This document shows, piece by piece, positions 13,153 to 28,235 of a stretch of DNA of 64,000 bases. This DNA is from Parasitella parasitica NRRL 2501 (taxonomy: Eukaryota > Fungi > Mucoromycota), in contig MU619278.1 in the NCBI GenBank assembly GCA_025201805.1, positions 61,688 through 125,687 on the forward strand, written 5' to 3'. The notes below the pieces were generated by a model, which saw nothing but the letters and a program-made list of their open reading frames with translations, was not told the origin of the DNA and did not search any database. Each line of letters opens with the position of its first letter. Position 1 is the stretch's first letter. Position numbers and translations under genes: made by a program.

Positions 13153-15505
13153 TTAATGAAAATGCTTTCGTTTAAGCAGTGATATACCGCAGGCTTCTTC
13201 TTCTCTTCTACCTAGGATAACTGGTCTAGGAGTTGATTCAGAGGGATCATAATCGCACCTCAGTTCTGATTTACCGGCACGCATACCGCATATTGTATTG
13301 ACACGACAAGCTTGGTCACATTCAGGCGTCATGGGAGATGACTTGTAGCGATTTAGCCAATACAAATCAAACTTGTCATCGTCCAGTTCCATCTCTCGAG
13401 TTACATGATGCCACCAACTAGCTGAAAGAGGTTTATACGGATTTCCCTTGGATCCATAGAGCTCCTTTGCTGAATATTCCTTGTGCCAGTCCTACATGTG
13501 TGAAGTTTTGGTAAGCGGCTACTGTGTAAATTCAAGTAAACTTCACGTCAACTCACGAGCGCTTGATCCCACGCAGTAGACTTATCCAGCTCTGCAATAA
13601 ATGTGTGCGCATCAACAACTTCAAAGGTGCCAGTATCAATAGTATAGGTTCTACACAGAAAAGGTTGGAACATGATGAGGATCATCGCTGATGATGTATG
13701 CATACCGAAATCCAGGGTTGAGATTGGGGAATGGAGTGATCGAAGGCCCCAGATAAGCTACAGAAATAGCATCCTTTGATTCCTGGGACGCATGATTATA
13801 GAATATCTGAATTTCATCTCTAAATGGGCGTCTCAAAAGAGTGAGTGAAAACTCCTGTGGCAGATACCTGTTGGTAGGAATTACCTGTGTGTATGACCAA
13901 AAAATTGCCCGGCAATGACATGAGGCGCGTATCTTTCGACAATTTGATAGTAGTAATTTGCATAATCATGAAAACAAGAAGAGTCTCCAGGTGGGGTATG
14001 TCCGATAATCCACACTCTCTCCTTTGCATCTTCAGATTCCTGTAAATGGCTGATGAGCCATTTCAAGATTCCGTTGGGGTCCCTCTTTGTGGGATGTTCA
14101 TAGAGCCACCAATTGAGGTTGTAGCAAAAATTAGTATTGAGACTGATCAGTTTTAATCCAGGCACAGGATGGCTAATGTAGCTGCCGCTGTTTTGGTGTA
14201 CACTGCCAAGATGCTTTTTTGGAAGCCAACCCTTCCAACTCTCTTCCAAGGATTCGTAAAGCCATCCCATGGTAAGATCATCATGCCTGTTGCCTCCCGG
14301 CAAATTGGAGTCTACAAGCGGGAACAGATTGGTAGGTGCGGATTCATGATTGCCAATAGCTGGATACAGTTTTGCATTGATGAAAAAGGGCGAGTCAAAG
14401 TGTGCATGAAGTAAGGTGTAAGAAGCATCTTGAATCATTCGAGTTTTCTTGGTTGGCAGCGTTTCCCAAACTTCATGTGGTGGTATGTCACCTGTCAAGA
14501 TAGCAAACGATGTGTTGGGTGATGCAGTAGGTATATACTCTAGCATGGACTCGATCAACGTGAGGGGTGAATCACATCCATACGATCCCCATGGTGATGA
14601 CAAGTTCAAAATGTTGTCGAAATTTGTCGACTCTCTTCTACAGCAGATAGGCTTATCGCATAAGGTCTCTGTACCTTCCTATAAAAATAAAAATAAAAAT
14701 AGACGGTTGCATTCGTAAGTCGAGTGGTGCTGTAACGTATGAAAAAGAGACAAACCTCGTATAAGGGATCTACATGCCAATCGCTAAGATGAAGAACAGT
14801 CATTGTTTTATTTGTTGGTTTATGCACATGAGGGTGTTTGGGCTTTCGTTTAGGAAATGGCACCTTCCACGGTTTAATCCCTATGTTTGTAAATCTTATA
14901 ATTTGTTGCAGATAAAAGCATCCGAGTCCACTTACCTGGATAGGGACATGCATTAAGCACAGAAGCACAAGCTAAATGGCCATCTCTGCCTGATATATCC
15001 ATAGTCTACAAAAAGTCCTTATCTTTTAATACTCTTGACCCCCACCAACTAGAACCAACTAGAACCAACTAGAATCACATCCTGATGCTGTTACCTTCAA
15101 GACTTTACGGATAATAGGTCCCTGTTCTCGAACCATGCCTTCACACTGAATATATGCATACAAAGTAAGTAAATTCATCAAATAAATCCAAGGGAAACAG
15201 TGTCTTACGACTTGGTCATCGACTTGTTTCGAACGTTTACAAATGTTGGTCATTGCTGCTAATTGTATTCTCTCAGGAAGATAGCAAAATCGCTTAATCA
15301 TGTTGAGCAAATTGATACAAGACTTGCAGTTTTTGACTGCATCTTCCGGATTTATACGGTTATCGAGCAGACGACTGACTTCAATAAACATCTCATCCTC
15401 TAGCCGTTGCTGTGTGCTTTCAAAAGAGGACTGGAATAAGCTGCTGGCATTTATCCTTGCCGCTAGAAACAACAGTACCAGTGTACCAAGTAGCAAAAAT
15501 CGCAT
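13153..15505 (-). CDS. Secreted acid sphingomyelinase (saposin-B plus metallophosphoesterase domain)
   Basis: Signal peptide and saposin Cys pattern (CKSC). Metallophosphoesterase motifs HLSDWHVD, TGDIPPH, GNHE, IIGH, FFGHTH, PSITPF..NPGFR. Multiple GT-AG introns. Confidence 0.92.
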
Positions 15506-15894
15506 CTTTTGTGTTGTAGATAATTAATAGAAAGAAAGAAAGGGCTAAATTCCCCAATGAAATCTTATACAGGAAAAAAAAAAGGCATGACTTGCTCAGC
15601 AACAAGCTATTGGCTACTGGATGCATGACCCAATGCCAAAGTACACCAGTGGAGTCAAACTACACAATATAATGGATACTACACTAACCATTTTTATACT
15701 ACCAGCTATTGGTAAAGCGTGCATGTGTAAGACAGCAATGTATGATATCTCTTCAGATTTGCACATACACATCAACTAATAGCACATGAATTTAACATGT
15801 TTAATTTTTACAGCTAGTAGTGTTGTAGGTGGTAAAAGGAAATTGAGTATATAAATAAAGAGAATATATAGTATATCATCACACTGCTAAAAAG

Positions 15895-15898
<4 letters not shown>

Positions 15899-15925
<27 letters not shown>
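15899..15925 (+). repeat. (AG)n microsatellite
   Basis: About 13 AG units just downstream of the MET17 stop codon. Confidence 0.9.
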
Positions 15926-15950
15926 TACAAGGTCTTGCCTTGTAATTGAT

Positions 15951-17448
<1,498 letters not shown>

Positions 17449-18218
17449 AGTGTTATGGTTTTAGATTATGAATGAGAAGAAAAGAATAGGCTATGGAAAA
17501 TTGTAGGAGTTTTATACTTTTTCTTGCTAGAAATATCGATAATAGCAATACATATACAAAGACTCGTGCATTATGGCGTCAATCACTTTTAAGCCTATAA
17601 CATTTGAAAGCTCATGTTTCTGATAGTAAAGATGCTAATTTACCATTGGCTGATTGTAATACAAGTTTATCAGACGATTCAAGTAGCTGAACCTTATCAT
17701 AACATCTTTTACCATGAGAGTCGAGGGAGAAAGGGTCCATTTTCTTTCAACAAAAAATTGTTTGTGAAAGACTGCAGACAAAATTTGCACAAGGGTTAAA
17801 AACCTTAGAGTATATATCAAGCTTACTTGTACTGGAGCAATATGTTATTTCGGTTGTCCTCAAGATATACATGAATAGTATGGGACTGGGCCTAGAACTG
17901 CTTCCAGCTTCATGTAACAGGCACAGAAAGGAAAAATGTCATTGCCTGTATTTAATTCACATATTTCTATGCAAAATGATGTTTCTTGTCTCCTTGGTTT
18001 TTAATAGATCTGTTGTTGACTCCCTTTTTCCTATTCTCTCATTACATATTATACATGCATGATTTCACTGTTCATACACCTGGTAATGGCAAAATCTATC
18101 TATAAACATACTTTTGCGTTTATACTCTCGTGATAAGACGATTTTTTCTATTTAAATAATATTGCTTTCAAAATATAAATTTATATGTACAATAAATAGA
18201 TGTTATGGAATGTTTATG

Positions 18219-19100
18219 TTATGCATCTAAAAACGACGCCTTTTTGCGCAGGGAGACTACAGAAGCTCTCCTTTGTATTAATAATCTGGATGAAGATTTA
18301 ATCTTTCGTAATGTTTTTCTGAGATTTGTTTCTTCTACCGCGCTTGAGGAAGAAGATGAAGCCGAATTGACACTACTTGAGGGCCAGAAATTCATTGATA
18401 CTTTTTTCTTGAGACCACTTGTTAAGCTCTTTTTTCTTTTAACAATGCACTCTTCGTCGTAAGATGGAGGAGGAGATGTGACATTGGACTCATCTATATC
18501 TACAGGGGAAGAGAAAGATAAGGCATACATATTTTCTTGCTGTTCTATTTCAAAAGACATATCTATTTGCATAAAAGATGTATCAAATGTGTGCATTGAT
18601 TCGTGATAAGGTGGAACTTGTTGCTGCTGCTCTTGGTGTTGGTAAAGCTGGTTTGGAACTGGATTAAAATCTGTTAATGATCGCACTTTAACTAGAGATT
18701 TGTCTTTGAAGCACTCATCCTCTAATGTTACCGGTGGCTGTTGATTCTTAACTGGAGCATAAATTTCATTTTCTGAATGATAAAATTTACGCCTAAAATA
18801 GCCTGCAATGAGGTTTGTGGTGGCAGTAGGTGTCGACATCGTTATTGTTGAGTATTCTGCTTCGTATTCATGAATTTCTGGTGGCTCTGCCGAAAATGTA
18901 ACTCTCTTTTGGTTTATTTTGCTGCGATCTTCATAATGTTGACATTGCTGCTGCTGCTGCTGCTGTTGTTGTTGTTGTTGTTGTTGTTGCTGACTTGCCC
19001 ATAAAATCTTGTGATAAAATTCTACTATATTAATTTTTTCTTTTCCAAAATAATCACTTGGCCATGAATATAAGTTTTGATTCTCTTGAGCATCAATCAT
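18219..19100 (-). CDS. Low-complexity Q/S-rich protein with an RVxF (KRVTF) PP1-docking motif
   Basis: Intact 293-aa ORF with polyQ, KRVTFSAEPPEIHEYE and a basic C-terminus. No globular domain recognised. Confidence 0.7.
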   Translation of the reverse strand: MIDAQENQNLYSWPSDYFGKEKINIVEFYHKILWASQQQQQQQQQQQQQQQQCQHYEDRSKINQKRVTFSAEPPEIHEYEAEYSTITMSTPTATTNLIAGYFRRKFYHSENEIYAPVKNQQPPVTLEDECFKDKSLVKVRSLTDFNPVPNQLYQHQEQQQQVPPYHESMHTFDTSFMQIDMSFEIEQQENMYALSFSSPVDIDESNVTSPPPSYDEECIVKRKKSLTSGLKKKVSMNFWPSSSVNSASSSSSSAVEETNLRKTLRKIKSSSRLLIQRRASVVSLRKKASFLDA

Positions 19101-20319
19101 GATTGACTATAATAGACTATACGCCTTTACAAACAAAAAAGCAAAAGAGAAGGAAGAGAGAAGAGCGAGAAAGAAAATATAAATGTAAAGCATATATTTG
19201 CTTTTGATCCGTACATACAGTCAATAATTAGATGGTGAGTGAGCGGCAGTTCACTCTGTGAAATTATAGGGGTGATTCTGTAGGAAAATGCAAAACGAGA
19301 TAAAAAACTATAGTGTACAGAAACATGAATGAAGAGTTTGATATATGCACATGTCTACATCTCCTTTCATACTTGAGTAAACAGTGGTTGCCATGTGTTC
19401 CAGTTTATCAAGCATTTGTCTCCATGACAATGGTTGAAGCCATTTGTCAAAATAAGGTTTTTTTTTTCACAAGTGTATCAAAACACACTGGTTGCACAAA
19501 CACATGAAAATGTATTTACCAGGCTCCGTTATCCCTTTTTTTGTGTGGTTTTGCCAAAGTTTATCTCTCGAAAAAAACCGATTTTTTCCAAATAAATAAA
19601 AACGTGCATTTAGAATACGTGTATGCTGTCTATACATATCTTGTTGAATGTAATAAGGAAACCCCTTTAGTACTTTCTACTTTTCGTAAATGCGTCACAT
19701 TGAAAATGATAAGATTGGCATTTGGGATCGATCGCGATATGGAAAAACTTTACCCAGTAATCAGAATAAGCAACGTTGAGGATATTCCAAACGAAAATGG
19801 CGACATTTACCATTTCAGAATCGTAAAAACCTTACTTTTCAATTCGAGGAGTGATGCATAAAATAAAACGCTCTCGCGCACAACAAATACGGACACAACA
19901 AATACGGAGGATATGGTTCCATATAATGTATAGATAGCATTCACTTTACATGTTCAAAATGCAAATGTACGTCATGTATGACGTTGTACATTACAAAACT
20001 TAAAAACTTATTAAAAGGGAGTTACTTGTACAATGACAGCATCGGACAATCTTATTATCTTTGGTGGTTGGCTCCCGAATCATTGGGAATTGTACCTGAA
20101 TAAGGAACTGAGCCATGCATCACCCTTATATTTCAAGCAATGTCTATATTTTCTCATTTTTTTCTTTTTCTTTCACTTTTCTCTCTCTCTTTTCTCAATC
20201 ACTATTTTCCATTTCTGCAATTTGCCAATTCTGGTTTAGTCTTTTTACAAAAAGAGGAAACCAGAAAGCTTATATTATACATGAAAGATTATTATATATT
20301 TGACATCTCATCCTAATTT

Positions 20320-21810
20320 ATGATTACCATAGCAACGAATACACTCGTATGTCCTTCATCCTCTTCCTCACCACGAACATTTGATCCAGTAACCAAATTT
20401 TCTCATGCTTCTCATAATAGATACAGTAATTTTTATCTTTCAATGCAACAACCACAGCAACCACAGCAGCAGCAGCAACAGTCCTATCATAGGCATACCA
20501 CTAATTGCAGTGATATAGAAATATCTCTGGTAGATGGGATGAACCATATGTCGCCTATGGATGCCTTTTATCACCACGATCAAAGTTTTAATTACAACCA
20601 AGTAATGACCAACTATAGCAAGAATTGGTCTGAACGCATACTTCAAGACATTACAGGCCTACTTTACGTATTGTCACCTACTGGCGAAATGCTGTACTGC
20701 TCATCATCATGCATCGAACTAACTGGATTTCAGCCTGAAGAGCTAGTCGGCAGGCTTTTGACCGATTTTATACATGTCGATGACCTTGATTTGTTCATTC
20801 AAAACTTCCAGTTGGCGTTCAACTCTTTGTCACGCATCAAAATGCATTACCGTCTACGATGCAAAGATAGCTCGTTTATATTACTGGAATCTATAGGCCA
20901 TCCAAAGCAAGATGTTGTCAATACACCGCCACAGTACTTTTTCGCTATTGCGCAGCCTTATTTGTCAAGAAGCAATGGATTGATGGACTCGTTCTTGGAA
21001 ATGAAGCTAGAGAATGAATGGCTTAAAAAACGGCTTGATGGGATACTTAACATGGACCATTCTCCACCTATTTCTTCAGTAGAGCCAGCATTTAACAACT
21101 TGCAAATAAACTTACAGCCACAACGATATCAGTTGGAACAACAACAGCAGCAGCAACAACATCAACAATATTCGTTCTATAACAACCTATACAGCTCAAA
21201 TGATCAGCAACAACAACAACAACAACAACAGCAGCAGCAGCATCAACAACAACAAAACTATCTGCATCAGCAACAACAAATACAAACAAATCAATCATCA
21301 CGTAGGCCATCTAGTTGCACCGTCATGATGGATGATCAATGGAATTTCTCTCCATCCGTGGCATCTTCATCTGACTTGATGAATAGATACCAAACCGAAG
21401 AGGCTACTATGGCAGGTTTATCGACAGCAGCCCTAAACACAGCGACGCCAAATACAACGACTGCAACAACACCTGTGTCAACAAACATGGCTACGACTTC
21501 TTACTCATCATCTGACACTAACTTGATGGTTCCACCCGACGTCGTGCGAAAGGATAAATGGAAACGAAGGGTAAGTGCTTACAAATGATTTACTCGGCAT
21601 ATCACTGATGTTTTTAACAGAAAAAACAAAAAAGCATCGAGTATCTTTGCACCGATTGCGGTACCACATCCTCCCCCGAATGGCGAAAAGGTCCACATGG
21701 ACCAAAAACGTAAGCGTTGCAACTATCTCGTCGTCCAGATTCTTACATCTCTTTTTAGTTTATGTAACGCGTGCGGTCTCCGTTGGGCAAAGAAAAACAA
21801 AAAGATTTGA
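20320..21810 (+). CDS. wc-2: White collar-2-like PAS plus GATA zinc-finger transcription factor
   Basis: PAS domain ([16 protein letters not shown]...DFIHVDD). Spliced exons 21621-21709 and 21759-21810 give [30 protein letters not shown]. Which Mucorales paralog this is cannot be resolved. Confidence 0.88.
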
Positions 21811-22160
21811 ATGTGAACTGAAACAATGAAAGCGTATATAATGTACGAGTCAAATAACTTTCATGGTGATTTTAATACTGATAATGATACCCCCCCCCTC
21901 CCTCCCTCCCTCCACTCCTCCCTGTTTCCGAGCTTAATATGTTCCTAGTTGATTTTAAATGTACAGTTTTCTCCTCTCGCTCGTCCTTTGCTTTTGAATA
22001 GGATGATTCAAAAAGACCGAATTGAATGATATAATATGAATACATGTGTCGTAGTTTTTTGATTCAAAAATGTCTCTCTTAATATTATACATAATAAATT
22101 AGAACCAAAGTTTGTTAATTTATTTATTTGCACTTCTTTAATACAAACATCATTTTCATT

Positions 22161-22994
22161 ATGGATAAAGTCGTACTGAAGGACATTCAGGATTTGATCC
22201 GTAGACCGGTCAGTTCTGAAATGTTAGCATTCGTGGCCGATCAAGCAGCATTGGTCATACCGTGCTACCATACAACTGCACCAACAACGACTGCAGCTGG
22301 TGTGCTACCTCCATTGCATTCGTTTATTGGGTTCTTGGTGAAGAGATCCTCTGTTCGTGCTGGCACACTATTGGGATCCTTGGTCTTTCTGCGTAGACTA
22401 CAGCAATCACTGTCCAACATTGCGAAGGGCATGGCGTGTACGTCTCACCGTATATTTCTCGCTACACTCATCGTTACTTCAAAAGCCTTACATGATACAT
22501 CGCCTAAGAACAAACATTGGGCTAAATATGCAGCTTATTTTACGTTGCCAGAAATTAATTTAATGGAAAAGCAGCTATTGTCATTGATGGTAAATACAAC
22601 AGTATAACAATATCCAGTAAATTTAAAATTAAAAAAAAAGCTAAACTTTATATCCACATCATTATAGAACTACCATGTTCTGATTTCTGCTGCAGATTTG
22701 TCTAATGCGTACTACAGATTCAAGCAGTACACAAATCCTCCCTCTGTCTTAACGAAGCCTATTGCAGTGTTGGCGACAGCTCAAAATAATGCAAACGAAG
22801 CCGATATTCCAACCTACGCCGCAGCTACCATCTACTTGAGTCATACGTCGCTATCAAATTCCTCTCTATCTTCCTCCCTTTCTTCAGAATCCGACTCGTC
22901 TGTTTCGACAATAGACGACAATACTACAGAGACTTACTATTACAAAATACCGCCTGAGGCTCATATTCGACATAGAAAAAATTATCAAGTTTAG
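22161..22994 (+). CDS. Pho85 cyclin (Pcl1/Pcl2 family)
   Basis: LPPLHSFI..LVKRSSV..GTLL, AKGMACTSHRIFLATLIVTSKALHDTSPKNKHWA, EINLMEKQLL. One intron at ~22590-22668. Confidence 0.9.
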
Positions 22995-24083
22995 ATTCTT
23001 TGTTGTTGTATGTTGATCATAAATAAAGAATTTTGTGTTTAATAACAAAGATGCAATGCTTAACTATACGTAGCTGCAATGTAATGCAAAAGGCAGTTAT
23101 ATTATTATTTACCATACAACTAAACAGACATTATTTTTTATTTTATTTTTTGCCACTATAATATCAAACAAATTGCACGGTCTATCAAGCATGTATTCGT
23201 TCACTATATTTTATAGATCGCCATATCAATATGAGAATATGATGATGGCAAAAGCAAATTATGCTCGGTCCCTTTTTCAAACAATTCTCTCCTGCATTTA
23301 GCATCGTATTCCTCAGATCGAGAGCGCAGAGGGTAATTTTCAACTGTTGATCGATGAGAAATCACCAAAACATTAATCTATACTAAAGGAGCCACGGGGC
23401 ATGCGTTTGTTATGCACACAATTCAAGAAATGAAATTACTAACGTTACTCGGTATTATATGCAATCCATATTAGCCGCATTTAACCATTCCTTTATGGAA
23501 TTAGGACGCTAGCTCTTTTATGGCCATTTTCCATGGTATTTATTTCCAAATGTTGCGTTACTCATGCCTATACGCGGCATAAACGTCAAATGCTTGGCTA
23601 CCGCCATCACCCAGGAATTTTCAGAGAGACAAAATTGCTTTTAAGATCACCAAGATCACTGTAATACATATCAAATAAAAAGATAGCCATGATAATACAG
23701 TAAAAGAGATACTTGGCTTGCAATCTATCAATTTTGTAATCTAATGAGGCTTAGAAGTTCTGGCAGGGGTAAAAACATTGATAGTTGATCATTATGCTAT
23801 TTACTGATGTCAACCTACCGCTAGCCCAGGTTTAAAAAGCTTTACTACAGGGCCAATATCAGTGGGCTTCGCTTACTTTCCTAAAGCATGTCATTTTAAA
23901 ACAATCTCGAATCTTGAATCAATTTGTACATCTACTCCCAGGCATTAGGTAAAGGTATTTGGCATTGCGTAATTCATTTGCTAATGTTGTCAACAAGGAC
24001 GATATTGAGCAATGCAGCTTGACCACTCTTCAAATAGAAGGTAATACTATGATGCAGCTTCAAATAATGGGATTATCTTTATT

Positions 24084-24720
24084 TTAATTCAATAACTGTA
24101 ATAATTTTGAAATGAATGTAGGGAGGTTTTCTCGTTCGAACTCAATATCTTCCCTGAAAAAGCTTGGAAATGTTGCTAATAATCTTAAATCTCGCTGACG
24201 ATCCGAAGGGCTGTAAAAAACGTAAGCATCTTTCCCTCTTCCAATAGACAATGCGAATTGGAAAGCTATGAATATACTGATATTGAGTACATGTCAAAAA
24301 TCATGATATAAAACTTACTTCCGTTTTTGCCAGCAATCACGCATTTATAAGCAGTGATGCCGTCTCCCTTTTTTATTTCTCTCACAATCACGCCAGTCAA
24401 ATCTTCATAAAGATCAAGCAGACTTCGTGGTTCATCCAATGCTGTTTTAACCTTTTCTTTTAAATCTGCATTCTCACTTTGAAGTTGACTAACTAAAACA
24501 ACAAAAACGTCAGTCTTGCTGTCACTTGTACGAGGGAAGCCGAATTGTATCAAAGTGAATCATATCTCATCTTATTTTGGCATGCCGTTTGGTGTAAAAT
24601 ATGATGTATATAATTTCACCAGAAGACAAAGCTTTTGGGCTCCCTTGGTTTCGTAAATCAAACTTACTTAAAGCTTTCAATTCTGTCGTGTCACCTTGCT
24701 GCTGCTGCTGTTGTTGCTGC

Positions 24721-24761
<41 letters not shown>

Positions 24762-25537
24762 TTGTTGCTGATGATGATGATTGTTTTCCAATACTGGTGA
24801 GATATCTTTATCCTTTAGAAACTCTTCAACTTGATCACGAAGCGCAATATACCCTTCTTCCGTTGGTTGACGCCATTCAACAATATTCTCTAAAGACTCC
24901 TCTTGTTTAGTAGTTCGCGTATGCAACAGCTCCTCATATAATAAAGTTTTTTCGATCAAATGATCTTTATACTAGATGACGTGATTAACATCAAGGACAT
25001 TGGATCCAAAAGTATTTGTCTTACCAGTTGGACTAACTTTTGCGCTTCACGTAACTCTTGCTTGCATCGACGCTCATCCCAAGAGGATGCTGAATCGTAT
25101 AAATCATCAGTTCTGCTGATTTCCATTGAATCCTGTATTTTTGGTTCTTTGGCCTGAGGAAAGTCATCCTGATCCATAGCTGCTCTTTTTCTGCTGATCT
25201 CATGCCTCATATTGTTGTTGCCATCGTTATTGTTAACATTACTATTGTTTGTGTTATTTTCTCTCAAAGTTTGAGTGGCCATAATTTCACTTAATTGAAC
25301 GGTTCTTCTTCTGGAAGGTGGTATTTTGTCGAATGAGTCCTCCATCAGCCTCAGAGGATCATTTGCAGCACTTCGGGGAGCAGGGAGAGGAGTAGAATTC
25401 ACCAGGTTTGTGTCTTGTTGTGTCGCTTTTGGCCTGCCAAAACTAAAGCGATTCGCAGTAGTAAGTCTCTTTCGCGGTAAACTCATTGCTTCCTGATGTA
25501 ACACGTCTCTGTTCATTTTATCAAGTGTATTTTGCAT
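24084..25537 (-). CDS. CSM1: Monopolin subunit Csm1/Pcs1-like with long N-terminal extension
   Basis: Coiled coil YEELLHTRTTKQEE. C-terminal RWD-type segment LYEDLTGVIVREIK..YKCVIAGKNG|TFQFAL..YSPS...FPSFFREDIEFERENLPTFISKL. Spliced; contains polyQ. Confidence 0.75.
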
Positions 25538-26625
<1,088 letters not shown>

Positions 26626-26712
26626 TCGCCGCGTTTTGCATCAATTGCAATACAATTTTATTTTTTAAAAGGAATCCATTTTTGCAATTAAACAAAAAAT
26701 CATTTAATTACA

Positions 26713-28235
26713 ATGGCCCGCCATATTATGGTAGGCATTTTGATGCCAATTTTAGTCTTTTCTATATTATCTTATACCTGTTTCCACTATATCTTCACTA
26801 TTCAAGGTACGTTAACTTACGCATCTTTACCCTATGGCCCTCACTGATACTACTTGTTATCCAAAGCCACTATCCTGAGTAATGAAAAACCATGGTATAC
26901 AAGCATAAAATCAGGTATTTCAGGGAATAACATTGAATTCGGCTGGTCTTGCTAACTGGAGTGAAGTTTCTGCATTTGTGTTATATTTGCAGAGCTTGAT
27001 ATCCTATTTTGTTATCATGCTAAGACCTGCAGTAAAGCTTCCCTTGAGAGTTGATGAAAAATTGGAAGCACAACAAGCAGATACATTTCCATTCCCAAAG
27101 CATTATCACATGATAAATTGCGCAGATACACAACTTGTCGCGCTATCGTTGTCAGGAGAAAAAGGAGAGCCATTATATTGTGAGCGATGTGAAACCATAA
27201 AACCTGAAAGAACACATCATTGCAAGGAATGCGATAGATGCGCACCGAAAATGGATCAGTAAGTGTATTCAAAGAAACTGATTTCCTGCTTATCATCTAA
27301 CTATACTTGATTATATAGTCATTGTATCTGGTACGTAGTACATAATACATGTATAATTTTGTCAAGCGTGGAGCTAGTAGAATAGACACTGAATTGATTG
27401 ATGTAGGATTAATGGTTGCGTTGATGAAAGCAACTACAAATATTTCTTCATGTTTGTGTTTTATGTAGCAGCTTATGCACTCTGGGTAGAAATAAATGTC
27501 ATTCCATTACTATTCAAGAACATAGCTCAGCAAAATGGAGGAAGCATCACATGGGCCATTTGCTGGAGAGCCTACAAAATATATCTTGCTTGCATTTATT
27601 ATTTTTGGAAAAATATCGCATTTATGATTATCAACCGAAAGTGGATACCTATCTTGACAGGATTACAGAATTCAGGTTTTGGAGGCATTACATTTCACTG
27701 GTATAGCGTTGCAGCCTTGTAAATTGTTACACACTAGCATGTACATATACCTTTAATACTAATCTCGTTGATATATCTAGGGGATTGTTATTCGGTTTGA
27801 CATTACTGGGATTTACTGCTGTTCATTTTTACTATATTATCAAGAATCAAACGAGCATTGAGCATATTACCAGTAGACCAACTTATATTCGTGCAGACTT
27901 TGATAAAACTGGCCATAATTACGAGGTGATATTCGTTGAGCAAGTCTCCACGATGTATCATCTGGGTTATTACAAGAACTGGTGTTCAGTTATGGGGTCA
28001 AATCCATTTATTTGTCTATGTAAAGAGTTTGTTTAAACGTGGTAACGTAGATATTAAAAGATACTAATTAAACAACTTTTACCTTTCCCTCGCCATAATA
28101 GTACCATTCGCTAGCCTTTTGACTAGCAATACAACAAATTTATTAACTAAGATTTATCCGTACAATGACCAGTTCACCAAAAAAATCACAGAGGCAGCTC
28201 AAATTCAACGAGAACGTAGGCTTAGAGAGACATAA
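26713..28235 (+). CDS. DHHC palmitoyltransferase
   Basis: [56 protein letters not shown]. Transmembrane segments; multi-exon. Confidence 0.9.

Noticed and set aside
15044-15074. Short tandem duplications (ACCAACTAGA x3; 15-bp x2 at ~19879; 17-bp x2 at ~29126)
   Set aside because: Simple slippage repeats without spacers; not CRISPR-like.
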